A DNA stretch of 36,938 bases from a virus (Duplodnaviria > Caudoviricetes): positions 1 through 36,938 of IMG/VR virus record IMGVR_UViG_3300017747_001923; one strand, given 5' to 3'. Below are positions 7,568-16,631 of the stretch, in pieces. The notes below the pieces were generated by a model. The model was not told the DNA's origin, did no database searches, and was given only the letters and a program-made list of their open reading frames with translations. Each line of letters begins with the position of its first letter. Within the stretch, counting starts at the first letter, position 1. Made by a program: the position numbers and the translations under genes.

Positions 7568-9402
7568 AATTTCTCCACTTCTCGAACGTAATAATCAAAA
7601 TCGACTGGCAGCTTGCCAGCATCTTTAATATCATTACAAGGCTGAACACCCCATCCTGATTCAACGCCAATCTTGCGCCACTCAGTCTTACCCTTAAGTG
7701 GAGGCATCCACTTGAAAAGACGGCCACCACCTTCAGCGATGTAGTAGCGCGTGATGTTCTGCAACTGTTGGGGTTGCTGATCGTTCCACTCGATTGAAAG
7801 ATAGCTGGAGCGCGGTACCTTAGTGCGCAACATAAAATCCATGATGTCGGGCCATTGCTCAATGGTTTTACGAATGGGCGCACCATGAACTAGCACTTTC
7901 TCAGCCACTTTAGGAATTACAAGACCCCCAGCATTTTGATACCATTGAGTTTTCCATTCGTATGCACCCTTACGTTTAGTGCTACCATCTTCAAATACAC
8001 CAATGTAATTATTCACATCTCGAATCATCATGGCCTTATACGTGGCTTCTTCAAGATTTAAACCGGTTCGATGTTGCCACCACTCACGAATAGCATCAAC
8101 CTTATTCTTCTGACTACGCGCCACTCGCACGGTTAAACCGTCGGTATTGACTTGAATCAAACGCAGACCTGAAATTGTCATCAACCCCTCGGCCAGCAGG
8201 CACAGCAGTAGTTGCCCGTTGAGCGTGATACTCATGGTGAACAACGGATCGTAGAACACGCTAAACTGGTTGTTGCTGTCACCATAAACACCATTTAACG
8301 CAAGTTTCAACATTGCTGATTCTGCTGATTTCTTAGGGTATTGTTTACGTTGCTCGAATAGGTGCTTGTAAATAGCAACGAAGTCTTCACCAAGGTGTGC
8401 CGGATAAAACCCATTTGTAATTGCCAAATTAGGGTAATATGAAGTAACATCAAGATCCACAATAATATGATCAGCGTCAGATTCGATAATTTCTGATTCC
8501 ACTGAGCCATGAATACCACCAAGACCAAAAACAAAAGTAAATCCGTTAACAATTGCGGTCAGATTAGTAAATACCCCTTTAGTTTCAGTAATTGATTGTT
8601 GCTTGAGCCAGTTCATTACACGGTTAAATTCTGACTGTTTAAAGTCAATCCACGGTAAGATAGCATCTTTAAGATGAATTACTGATCGTTTAGTTTGTCT
8701 TGGTGCGCGCCCTTTGTCGCCGTAATAGTAACAAGCAACACCAGCTTCCTCTAGCTTCATGACAAAATAATCTTTACCGATTTTGGTATCGTTATGATTC
8801 ATAAAATCACGTTGATATTTTCGCGTCAGTTCTTCTCGGAACGCGATCATATCTTTACTATGATGATAAAACTTCTTTGTCTGACTTACATCATGCTGAT
8901 TGTATTTCTTGAGCACATTGACTTGATCACGAGTTAGAGTGGCACCTACCTTGAAAGGTAAATCCTCGATGCTGTCGGAGCGCATGTTAAACTCAAGAAC
9001 TTTCAAACTTGTAGCGCGAGCCTTATTATCAAAGTGATGAATTTTAAATAAATCAATCTGGGCGACAAACCGATTGGACGGCTTGACGAGGTGCATCCAG
9101 CGGTCGCCGTCTTCATCCTGCGATCCGATGATCGCCATTGCTTTCTGGTACAACGTGGCAGCATCGGCGTTGCCCATGCGGATCAGGGTATGTAATACAG
9201 GATAATCAAAGCCCAGGTTATTAAATCCGATCATGCGCGAATTAGTATTTTTAAGAAACTGAAAAAACTCAATAATGTTGCGCGAATCATTGCGCCAGTC
9301 GCTGATTTCGAACATCCAGTGCAAAGGTGCTTCTGCGTGTTCCACTGCCAGCGTGAACACGTTGGGGTAGGTTTCAATGTCGAAAATATAATCGTTACTC
9401 AT
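7549..9402 (-). CDS. DNA polymerase, family B-type, with N-terminal 3'-5' exonuclease domain
   Basis: FDIETYPN and GFNNLGFD (exonuclease); DLDVTSYYP (motif A), KLALNGVYG (motif B), QVNTDG (motif C); AAGGAG SD. Confidence 0.9.
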   Translation of the reverse strand: MSNDYIFDIETYPNVFTLAVEHAEAPLHWMFEISDWRNDSRNIIEFFQFLKNTNSRMIGFNNLGFDYPVLHTLIRMGNADAATLYQKAMAIIGSQDEDGDRWMHLVKPSNRFVAQIDLFKIHHFDNKARATSLKVLEFNMRSDSIEDLPFKVGATLTRDQVNVLKKYNQHDVSQTKKFYHHSKDMIAFREELTRKYQRDFMNHNDTKIGKDYFVMKLEEAGVACYYYGDKGRAPRQTKRSVIHLKDAILPWIDFKQSEFNRVMNWLKQQSITETKGVFTNLTAIVNGFTFVFGLGGIHGSVESEIIESDADHIIVDLDVTSYYPNLAITNGFYPAHLGEDFVAIYKHLFEQRKQYPKKSAESAMLKLALNGVYGDSNNQFSVFYDPLFTMSITLNGQLLLCLLAEGLMTISGLRLIQVNTDGLTVRVARSQKNKVDAIREWWQHRTGLNLEEATYKAMMIRDVNNYIGVFEDGSTKRKGAYEWKTQWYQNAGGLVIPKVAEKVLVHGAPIRKTIEQWPDIMDFMLRTKVPRSSYLSIEWNDQQPQQLQNITRYYIAEGGGRLFKWMPPLKGKTEWRKIGVESGWGVQPCNDIKDAGKLPVDFDYYVREVEKLCLGLV

Positions 9403-9410
9403 TACATTTA

Positions 9411-9441
9411 CTCCTTACAAGGAGGCCGCTTGCGCGGCCCC
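9411..9441 (-). promoter_or_regulatory. Two overlapping hairpins in the leader of the DNA polymerase gene
   Basis: Minus strand GGGGCCGC-GCAA-GCGGCCTC overlaps CTCCT-TGTA-AGGAG, which contains the SD. Confidence 0.5.
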
Positions 9442-9450
9442 TGTTTAACA

Positions 9451-10116
9451 TTAACCCATCATGAATGGAGGTAGTCCCATCGATGGAGTTACACCAAAGC
9501 CCCCACCAGGGACAACTTGTGCTTGAGCTGGATTAGACACGGCACCAAACAAGTTCGAAGCATCAACAGCACCCTCACCAAACGGTGTGTCATCACCGGC
9601 AAACTGAATGGCGATTAAATCACAACGAACACCACGACCGTGTTTATTATCCTGTAACCATGGTTTGACCGCAGCGTTAACACGACAACCCCCGTACATT
9701 TTACGAGTGAGTTGCTGATAAGCCATCGTATTAGTAGGATCGATAGCATATCCATCGGCTTGAATTACTTGAGGTTGTGAATCACGACCAGCGGTAATAA
9801 ATACATGACCAGCATAACCATCATAGGGTTGAAATGTTTTTTTATTAACTTTCTCCTCACCTTTACCAAAACAACGTAATTTACGATCATTTTGGATCAT
9901 GTTCATTACATTTTGGGCGTGTTCTTTCCACTTATCTAATGCCAGCGCTCCGTAATTTTGCATGAACTGCTGAAAGCCAACGTGATCTTGAGGCATGATA
10001 AGTTCGCAGTTGTAACTTACTCGCTCTTTGCCCGTGACTTCATTCATTTGGCGTTGAGGTTCAGCAAGATGAGGAAAAGATAAACGGACATTTGATAAAA
10101 AAATTATTTCGGACAT
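9451..10116 (-). CDS. DUF2815-type single-stranded DNA-binding protein
   Basis: NVRLSFPHL..P, MYGGCRVNA, GVRCDL.AIQFA.D..PFG motifs; located between the nuclease and the polymerase. Confidence 0.85.
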   Translation of the reverse strand: MSEIIFLSNVRLSFPHLAEPQRQMNEVTGKERVSYNCELIMPQDHVGFQQFMQNYGALALDKWKEHAQNVMNMIQNDRKLRCFGKGEEKVNKKTFQPYDGYAGHVFITAGRDSQPQVIQADGYAIDPTNTMAYQQLTRKMYGGCRVNAAVKPWLQDNKHGRGVRCDLIAIQFAGDDTPFGEGAVDASNLFGAVSNPAQAQVVPGGGFGVTPSMGLPPFMMG

Positions 10117-10140
10117 AACAATTACTCCATTTGTTAAAAT

Positions 10141-11430
10141 TTACATTAACCACGAGGGTAGGGATTCGGCAGCAGGTGCTACCTCAACTGCACTAAACAT
10201 AGGCGCAGCATTTGTAATAACAGCCGGACGGCTATCAGATTCAGGAACCACGGTTAGTTTACCAGCTAACTTGGTTACATATTCTTGTTCCATGCGTTTA
10301 AGTTGACGATCACTTAGTGTTACCTTCTCACCCTTCTTCTCCCATGTCAGCTTTTCAGCCTTGGCGGGGGATACTAGTTTAGTTTCATAGATTGCGGACT
10401 TAGGGACACCCATCATAACTAACTTTTCGGCTATCTCATTTTCAGGTAGTGACCAGGCGCGAGAACCACGACCATAGACTAACTTTAAACCAGGAATGGA
10501 TTTACCGGCCTCCAGACGGCGCAGAGCCTCATTCTCCGCACCTTCGAGGAGTTGACGCATCAGGGGAGCGGCTTCCATGATCTGCCGGATCTGGTCATCC
10601 GACATGGTAGTCGGATCTTTGTCGGCAGACTGCTGCGCAACATCGAGCGTTTCGGTTACTATCGGTTTGAACATAATTCCTACCTCTTTCATTACATTAC
10701 TTGCTAGAGCAGAACAACTACCCTTGGCTTTACAAAACTTACATTGACTTTCACCAGCAACAAGCGGAGCATCAGGTGCGTCGGTGGCGGCGGCTTGTTG
10801 CTTCAACCGTTCGATACGAGAAGTAAACTGACTAATTGGTATAGCCCAAGAAGTAATAGGATTCATACCTTTTAAAGCCAATTTAGGCTGAATGATAGTC
10901 ATTCGTACCTCGCGCCACGGATATTGTTCAGTTTCGCATTCCGCCAGCTTGCCGATTGCATATTGTTCAAGCTGTAAATTTTCTTCAGCTAATACAACAC
11001 CCATGCCGTCTTTGTAGTCTACAATTTCAAGAACATCATTACCAATTATTTGGATATCTACAGTACCGCTTAAATCGTCACGACCAGTAAGTCGCTTAGG
11101 GTTAACCTTGGTTTCAGGGGTAACTTCAACCATGCCGTTAAATTCAGCTACACGGGATTTGATGTATTCAACTGCAACCTTTACACGTGCGGCACGGTCA
11201 ACGTCAACCACGAATATGCCCTCGTGATCGTTCATCTTTGCGCCAACCATAATCATGGGATCTGCTAAGTCTGCCTTAATGCAAACCTCCAGCAGCGTGT
11301 GGCTGTGGGTTCCGTCGATGGCAGCGGGGCCGCTACCGGTGTCAGGGTACTTGGCCTCCTCGCGGATACTACCAGGACACAAGGCCCAGCGGCTGCGCTT
11401 CGAAGGGGACAGTTTGGCGTGGTCGCTCAT
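10141..11430 (-). CDS. DUF2800 PD-(D/E)xK (Cas4-like) exonuclease
   Basis: HAKLSPS...RW..CPGS, GT..H, GTVD, IVDYKDG, QL..YA.G, C.FCKAK..C; ATG 11430 overlaps the upstream stop (ATGA). Confidence 0.85.
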   Translation of the reverse strand: MSDHAKLSPSKRSRWALCPGSIREEAKYPDTGSGPAAIDGTHSHTLLEVCIKADLADPMIMVGAKMNDHEGIFVVDVDRAARVKVAVEYIKSRVAEFNGMVEVTPETKVNPKRLTGRDDLSGTVDIQIIGNDVLEIVDYKDGMGVVLAEENLQLEQYAIGKLAECETEQYPWREVRMTIIQPKLALKGMNPITSWAIPISQFTSRIERLKQQAAATDAPDAPLVAGESQCKFCKAKGSCSALASNVMKEVGIMFKPIVTETLDVAQQSADKDPTTMSDDQIRQIMEAAPLMRQLLEGAENEALRRLEAGKSIPGLKLVYGRGSRAWSLPENEIAEKLVMMGVPKSAIYETKLVSPAKAEKLTWEKKGEKVTLSDRQLKRMEQEYVTKLAGKLTVVPESDSRPAVITNAAPMFSAVEVAPAAESLPSWLM

Positions 11431-11732
11431 TGGCAAACCTCGCAGGTGCCTTCGCCCGACAGGTCACAGGCTTTGCCCAGTGGAAAGTCGTTGTCGTCAG
11501 CACTCTCATAGGTCATCTCGAAGATGTCAGGCTTGCACGGGTAGTGTTCACCCTTCACGCCAGTGATGATCCAGTCGCCATCGGTCACTTCATGACTACC
11601 TTCAAGAGTGTCGATTCGATACCCTGTTGGCGAAGTGCTGTCCTTGTAGACACCTTGCGGCCAACCATCAGGTGAATTGACCCAGAACTGAGTTGCCTCG
11701 ATGACCACAGGTTTTTTGCGGAACTTTGCCAT
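11427..11732 (-). CDS. Conserved phage protein (KKPV.IEA / GDWII.G..GE.YPCKPDIF family) with Cys-rich C-terminal tail
   Basis: Recognisable family motifs; the protein ends in ACDLSGEGTCEVCQ. Confidence 0.75.
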   Translation of the reverse strand: MAKFRKKPVVIEATQFWVNSPDGWPQGVYKDSTSPTGYRIDTLEGSHEVTDGDWIITGVKGEHYPCKPDIFEMTYESADDNDFPLGKACDLSGEGTCEVCQ

Positions 11733-11734
11733 GA

Positions 11735-12166
11735 TCATGCCTTCAGTTGCTCAACGCCAGCGAACAGAGCGCCGTAGTGCTCGGGCTTGACATCGTTAAT
11801 ATTTTGATAACCAAGACCAGTCAGAACACCTTGAATTTGTGCGCCTTTCTGAGGGCCAAGGGCCTTATACGAATTCATCACGTAGTCGATCAAACCCTTT
11901 CCGTCAGTGAACGGCGCACCAGAGGCCACCGGCGCAGTCGCAGGGGCAGGGGCTACGAAAACCGGAGGAGCGGGCATAGCAGGTACTACGGGTACAACTG
12001 GAGCTGCTGCCTGTTGAACCAAGGGGGCAGGTGCTTCCACGATAGGTGCAATAACTGGGGCTACCTCAACGGCGGTAACGGATGATTTTACATTTAAAGA
12101 ATCGATCTTCGCGGTCAGAGCAATGACAGCTTGAGTTAGAGCTTCGATTTTATTTTCCAATGACAT
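11735..12166 (-). CDS. Pro/Ala-rich hypothetical protein of the DUF2800 replication cluster
   Basis: MSLE..I..LT N-terminal helix, low-complexity linker, C-terminal G...INDVKPEHY motif. Confidence 0.7.
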   Translation of the reverse strand: MSLENKIEALTQAVIALTAKIDSLNVKSSVTAVEVAPVIAPIVEAPAPLVQQAAAPVVPVVPAMPAPPVFVAPAPATAPVASGAPFTDGKGLIDYVMNSYKALGPQKGAQIQGVLTGLGYQNINDVKPEHYGALFAGVEQLKA

Positions 12167-12347
12167 ATAATTTTTCCTTACTAGTTACAAGTGGGTTAAT
12201 AATAATGCGATCTTCAATGAACGCATCGATTAATTCACGTAAAATCTCGCTGGGTTTCCCTAGCTTTTTAACTTTACTATGAAATTTGTTCCGTGACTTT
12301 TCAGTCACTCTTACTGACAAATACGCAGATTTGGACTTTATTGTCAT
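12150..12347 (-). CDS. Ribbon-helix-helix (Arc/CopG-like) transcription regulator
   Basis: YLSVRV beta-strand followed by helices ...PSEILRELIDAF; first gene of the leftward replication operon. Confidence 0.65.
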   Translation of the reverse strand: MTIKSKSAYLSVRVTEKSRNKFHSKVKKLGKPSEILRELIDAFIEDRIIINPLVTSKEKLYVIGK

Positions 12348-12371
12348 GTTTTAGAGTTTCTAAATTTGATG

Positions 12372-12406
12372 TTGCTATTGTTGCACAACTGATATACACT
12401 TGTCAA
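12372..12406. promoter_or_regulatory. Overlapping divergent sigma70-like promoter elements
   Basis: Plus strand TTGCTA-17nt-TACACT (12372-12400) faces the primase; minus strand TTGACA (12406-12401) faces the RHH gene with only a weak -10. Confidence 0.45.
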
Positions 12407-12565
12407 ACAATTTAATAAATAAATTTTGAGAGATTCTGAAATGAGTAAGTGCATTGTGGAATAATAGTTTACTGCGGCGGTAAAATATGAAGCTTAAAAA
12501 AGAAACCCCAACAATAGTTGGGGCAAAGATGAAAAGGAACACTTAAAGAAAGGTAGTGTAAGTAT

Positions 12566-15064
12566 ATGTTAATCTCAACAATAACGCAATCTCATCCTTC
12601 TTCTACAGATGCTTATATTCGGCACGGTTGGAGTCTTGTACCTATTCCAATGGGTACTAAAGGCCCAAGAAATAAAGGGTGGAATTTGAAAGAAAATGCT
12701 CTAAAATCACAAGCCGATTTACCACAAGGTTTTGGCATTGGGTTGGCTCATGCTTACAGCGGCACAATGGCCTTGGATATCGATAACTGGACTATTGCTA
12801 CTAGTTTACTAGCTGATTACGGTATTGATTTACAAGCTCTTTACGATGCTCCCGATGCGGTAGTAATTAACTCGGGAAAACAAGGTCATGGTAAATTATT
12901 GTACGCAATGCCATTTGGGGCAGCTTTACCAAGTAAAAAGATTCTACACAATAGTATAACTGCGTATGAGTTGAGATGCGCGACCGCCGGCGGTCTTACA
13001 GTTCAAGACGTACTTCCGCCGAGTATTCACCCAGAAACGCGTCAGCCCTATACCTGGTCAGGCCGTGGTCACTGGACCCGCTTACCGGTGATCCCGCAGG
13101 CTTTGCTTGATCTGTGGAACGAGATGTTGACGCAGGACAAAGAGCGCACAATATCAACAGATGGCGCGATTGATGCATCCTGGGAAGAAATCAGGCAAGC
13201 GCTCGATGTGGTACCGGCTGATTGTTCCCGCGAGGAGTGGATTAGCATTGGGATGGCTTTACATTGGGCGGGCACCCAGACTGATCAGCTTGAGCAGGCG
13301 TTACAACTGTGGAATGAATGGAGCGCAACAGCACAAATTAAATACCAAGGCGAGCGAGAAATAATGACGCAGTGGTTTAGTTTTAAACTTGATAAAGCAA
13401 CAGCAGTTAAACTGGGTACACTGTTCCACATTGCTAGACAGCATGGCTGGCAGCGCCCTACCCCCGACGTATCAGAATTATTTAAAAAAGTAGAGGTTCC
13501 AACAGTTGCGCCCTTAGATGTGATCGATGGTTTACGTCCGAAGCCTCCCGAAATGAACATGGAATTGTGGCCCGATATTCTGCGGCAGCGTTCTATAGAG
13601 ATTAGCGAAAGCGTAGGGTGTGACCCGCTTGTGCCGTTGTTTGCGGGATTAGCTGCGGTGTGCGGTGTTGTCGATGCGCAGATTAGATTAGAGCTGATGC
13701 CAGGTTTTAAGGTTCCTCCAGTTTTATGGATTATGACTATTGGGGATCCAGCAGACAAAAAATCACCAGGTTCCAGGCCGATGTTATCACCTTTGAAGAA
13801 CATCGAGGCCGAGGATCGTCCGAGGTATAGCAAAGAGTTATTAGATTGGGAAGGTAAAGAGGCAGCATACGCCAGCGCAAAAAAAGCCTTCCTCGAATTC
13901 TCAGCCAGCCCCGAAGCTATTTTAGGATCTGATCAAGCTCCGCAAGTGCCAGATATGCCACCGCAGCCTGTACCGCTCAAGATAACAGTTAGTGACATCA
14001 CAAGCCAGAAATTAGTTAGACAAGCTGCAGATAGACCGCGTGGTCTACTTTGTCATTTAGACGAGATGAATAGTTGGGTTAGAAAGTTAACCGATAAACA
14101 AAGCGGTGAAGATAGAAGCGCATGGGTAGTGTCGTATGAATCAGAACACTACGAGATGGACCGAGTTGGGGCGGGTTCCATATATGCTGATAATCTTGCA
14201 GTGTCGATTTACGGTAATATTCAACCACAAGTCTACAAGCAAAATTTGAAAGCGTTGAGTGCGGATGGTTTGTTACAACGATTCATACCTGCAGTATTGC
14301 GGGGTAGTAAGACCAAACTTGGTCATCCGATCCCCGAATACATGACCAGCGCGGCAGCGTGGGAGAACACCCTGCGCTTGACCTACGCGCTGCCGCCCCA
14401 GACCTACCACTTGTCCACAGAAGCATTCACAGCCTTTCGCGAGTTCCAAGCATGGTACGAGGAGGCCAAGCAGGACGAGCGGGTGCTGGACTCGGGCACT
14501 GAGTACATGACGGCCTTCGGCAAGATGGAGGGTTTGGCAGGTCGGTTGATCCTGCTGTTCCACATCATCGAGTCGCCCTTCATGCCCACGGTGCAGGCCG
14601 AGGTTGTCCACAGGGTCGTGAGCCTGATCCGGGGCTACGTGATCCCAGCGTACCGCTACGCACTGGGCGAGGTGGGCGGGGCCATCACGAACGCATTTGA
14701 GCAGTGGATGATTGACCACATCATACAAATTAGCAGTGATGTTCAAACAGTAGAATTAAGAACGCTTAAACGTTCAGCGCGTAGACAGCTTGAAGATAAA
14801 ACAGAGTGGCAGAAAGACCAAACAATAATCGACGCCATGTTAGTGTTAGAACAAGCGGGATGGGTTGTTCAAACAGAAAATGAGTTACATAAAAAACGTG
14901 TCGTATGGGCTATTAATCCGAGTTTGCCGGCAATGTTTAAATCATACAGAGAAACAGTGATTAAAGCAAAGCAAAGACACGCTGACTACATCTACCGACA
15001 CGCGTATAACAAAGGCTATGAGCGAAAGTTGGTCAAGGGATACACCCCAGACATGGACGAGTGA
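12566..15064 (+). CDS. Bifunctional primase-polymerase with PriCT-like region and C-terminal DUF3987-like NTPase domain
   Basis: GWSLVPI..GTKGP...GW, ALDID, VLPPSIHP.T..PY.W (prim-pol); W..IGMALH...W.EWS (PriCT-2); G.PADKKSP, DE, DR, DGLLQRF. Confidence 0.85.
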   Translation: MLISTITQSHPSSTDAYIRHGWSLVPIPMGTKGPRNKGWNLKENALKSQADLPQGFGIGLAHAYSGTMALDIDNWTIATSLLADYGIDLQALYDAPDAVVINSGKQGHGKLLYAMPFGAALPSKKILHNSITAYELRCATAGGLTVQDVLPPSIHPETRQPYTWSGRGHWTRLPVIPQALLDLWNEMLTQDKERTISTDGAIDASWEEIRQALDVVPADCSREEWISIGMALHWAGTQTDQLEQALQLWNEWSATAQIKYQGEREIMTQWFSFKLDKATAVKLGTLFHIARQHGWQRPTPDVSELFKKVEVPTVAPLDVIDGLRPKPPEMNMELWPDILRQRSIEISESVGCDPLVPLFAGLAAVCGVVDAQIRLELMPGFKVPPVLWIMTIGDPADKKSPGSRPMLSPLKNIEAEDRPRYSKELLDWEGKEAAYASAKKAFLEFSASPEAILGSDQAPQVPDMPPQPVPLKITVSDITSQKLVRQAADRPRGLLCHLDEMNSWVRKLTDKQSGEDRSAWVVSYESEHYEMDRVGAGSIYADNLAVSIYGNIQPQVYKQNLKALSADGLLQRFIPAVLRGSKTKLGHPIPEYMTSAAAWENTLRLTYALPPQTYHLSTEAFTAFREFQAWYEEAKQDERVLDSGTEYMTAFGKMEGLAGRLILLFHIIESPFMPTVQAEVVHRVVSLIRGYVIPAYRYALGEVGGAITNAFEQWMIDHIIQISSDVQTVELRTLKRSARRQLEDKTEWQKDQTIIDAMLVLEQAGWVVQTENELHKKRVVWAINPSLPAMFKSYRETVIKAKQRHADYIYRHAYNKGYERKLVKGYTPDMDE

Positions 15065-15096
15065 AAAGGGCCTCCGATTCTTGGAGGCCCTTTTCA
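15062..15096. terminator. Bidirectional intrinsic terminator between convergent primase and glutaredoxin genes
   Basis: Inverted repeat TGAAAAGGGCCTCC-gattctt-GGAGGCCCTTTTCA with A/T tracts on both sides. Confidence 0.85.
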
Positions 15097-15327
15097 TTTA
15101 CCTATCTGGTTCAGTGCCTGCTGCAACCCAGCGAGTCCACCGACCCGCTGACCATTGATGAATATCTGCGGCATCTGCCGGATGTCAGGATACTGCCGGG
15201 TGAATACGTCACGCCACTCCTGATCCTCGATGCTGCGCTCGATGAAGTCCAGCCCCTTGCTGTCAAGCAGCGCCTTGGCGGTGGTGCAGTTGGGGCAGTT
15301 GCTCTTGCTGTACACGATGATGTTCAT
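15094..15327 (-). CDS. Glutaredoxin
   Basis: VYSK..CPNC..AK.LL, MPQIFING..VGG. Confidence 0.9.
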   Translation of the reverse strand: MNIIVYSKSNCPNCTTAKALLDSKGLDFIERSIEDQEWRDVFTRQYPDIRQMPQIFINGQRVGGLAGLQQALNQIGK

Positions 15328-15701
15328 TTCAACACTCGCATCAATTTGTTCAACACCTCATGTTCCCGGGCAATCACCAATTCATGCACGGGATCAGGAG
15401 TTGAATCGGTTGAGCCAACGGAACCGGATTTTTCGACATGACGAGTTTCTGAAGGCAAAAGTGCCGAGTGCAGTCCCGGTGCGAGGGCTTCCACCAGTCC
15501 GAGCACATCGAGTAGGCGCAGCAGGGTCGCGCTCCCGCTCCGCTCTCCGCTCTCCCATTTGCGCAGGGTATGGATTGGGACGCCCAAATAATCGGCCATT
15601 TGAGCCGGGGAGAGATCGAGTTGGGAGCGCAGATCGGCAAGGCGCAGGGAGAGAGCAGAGCCGGGATTTTTTGGGGTTTGGGGTTTGGTCTGGGTTTTCA
15701 T
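15324..15701 (-). CDS. XRE/Cro-type helix-turn-helix protein
   Basis: LR..L.LS...MA.YLGVP..TL.KWE.GER. Confidence 0.8.
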   Translation of the reverse strand: MKTQTKPQTPKNPGSALSLRLADLRSQLDLSPAQMADYLGVPIHTLRKWESGERSGSATLLRLLDVLGLVEALAPGLHSALLPSETRHVEKSGSVGSTDSTPDPVHELVIAREHEVLNKLMRVLK

Positions 15702-15713
15702 TTCAAAGGCTCC

Positions 15714-15740
15714 AAAAAAGCCCGGGAGATCGTCCCGGGC
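15714..15740 (-). terminator. Intrinsic terminator closing the GC-rich small-gene operon
   Basis: Minus strand GCCCGGGA-CGATC-TCCCGGGC-TTTTTT. Confidence 0.85.
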
Positions 15741-15759
15741 ATGGTGTAATGGGTAGGGG

Positions 15760-15834
15760 TCAAAGATCGAGGAAACGCTCCACCAGAGGCAGGAGAATTA
15801 CCCCGGCAAAGGCTATCAAGAGGGCAGTTATCAT
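15760..15834 (-). CDS. 24-aa membrane peptide (MITALLIAFAGVILLPLVERFLDL), not in the ORF track
   Basis: ATGA overlap with the upstream stop, GGAGGAG SD upstream, ends just before the terminator. Confidence 0.6.
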   Translation of the reverse strand: MITALLIAFAGVILLPLVERFLDL

Positions 15835-16040
15835 GCGTCCCGCTCCTCCTCCAGATCGGCAATGCGGGATTCGAGGTTACAGATTTGATCGCGCAGGCTC
15901 TCCACCTCCTCGGCCAATGCGTCCCGCTCTCGCTCGGCATCGGCAAGCCTGCCAAACAAAATGGCCGTCTGGGTGAATCCCTCCGAGTAGGCCAAACGCT
16001 CGGCCTCCTCGCTCTCAAGGGTCAAAAGGTCTAAGGGCAT
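15831..16040 (-). CDS. Small acidic coiled-coil protein
   Basis: GGAGGAATAAATCATG start; EAERLAY.EGF motif; Glu-rich heptads. Confidence 0.7.
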   Translation of the reverse strand: MPLDLLTLESEEAERLAYSEGFTQTAILFGRLADAERERDALAEEVESLRDQICNLESRIADLEEERDA

Positions 16041-16043
16041 GAT

Positions 16044-16343
16044 TTATTCCTCCTCGCTCTCGCGCATAAAAACCTCCTCGGAAATGTCGCAGCAGGCACA
16101 CCAGAGGAGCCGGTCTAAATTGCTCTCATGGTCTGCCAATTCCTCGGCATCCCATGCGCCATACTCGCGCAGGCATTCGGCCACCAGAGCCGGGGACAAT
16201 TTGTCCAATTGCTCCCGGATGTAAGGCACATCCCGGAGCCTTGCGACATCGGCATCACATGGTCCGGGATGCGAGGCGCTCTCGGCATCCTCCCAGGCGA
16301 TTTGCAATTCGATGCGTCCGAGGCTTTCGCTCCACCATTCCAT
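16044..16343 (-). CDS. Small acidic hypothetical protein
   Basis: GGAGGCTTGAATCATG start; H.G.CD.DV, L.EYGAWD..EL.D, RLLW.A..DI.E. Confidence 0.75.
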   Translation of the reverse strand: MEWWSESLGRIELQIAWEDAESASHPGPCDADVARLRDVPYIREQLDKLSPALVAECLREYGAWDAEELADHESNLDRLLWCACCDISEEVFMRESEEE

Positions 16344-16346
16344 GAT

Positions 16347-16628
16347 TCAAGCCTCCACCGATACAGTGATGTTTTCCCCTACCGGGGACAATTTGCCGAT
16401 GTACAGTGTCCCGGCATTGGAATACTGGCGACAATAGACGCGCCTCCATCGGCCATTAAATTTGACCATGTAGCGCGTCGGAATCCGGGAGCCGTACCCG
16501 GTCGCAGTGAAAGACAATCCCCGATCCTGCCACCATGTAGGAGCATCCCGAGCCTCTACCGCTTGGGTCCAGAATGTGTCCCGGTCGCCATTGGGTCGCA
16601 CATGGGAGCCGTGCAAATATGCTTTCAT
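16347..16628 (-). CDS. Small hypothetical protein (TATGYG..IPT.YM...GRWRRVYC..YSNAGT.Y)
   Basis: Strong SD in the conserved junction; in phase with the operon organisation. Confidence 0.75.
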   Translation of the reverse strand: MKAYLHGSHVRPNGDRDTFWTQAVEARDAPTWWQDRGLSFTATGYGSRIPTRYMVKFNGRWRRVYCRQYSNAGTLYIGKLSPVGENITVSVEA

Positions 16629-16631
16629 GAT

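Noticed and set aside
10141-11430. Cas4-like nuclease as evidence of a CRISPR-Cas system
   Set aside because: It is the usual DUF2800 nuclease of a phage replication module; no array or other cas genes are present.
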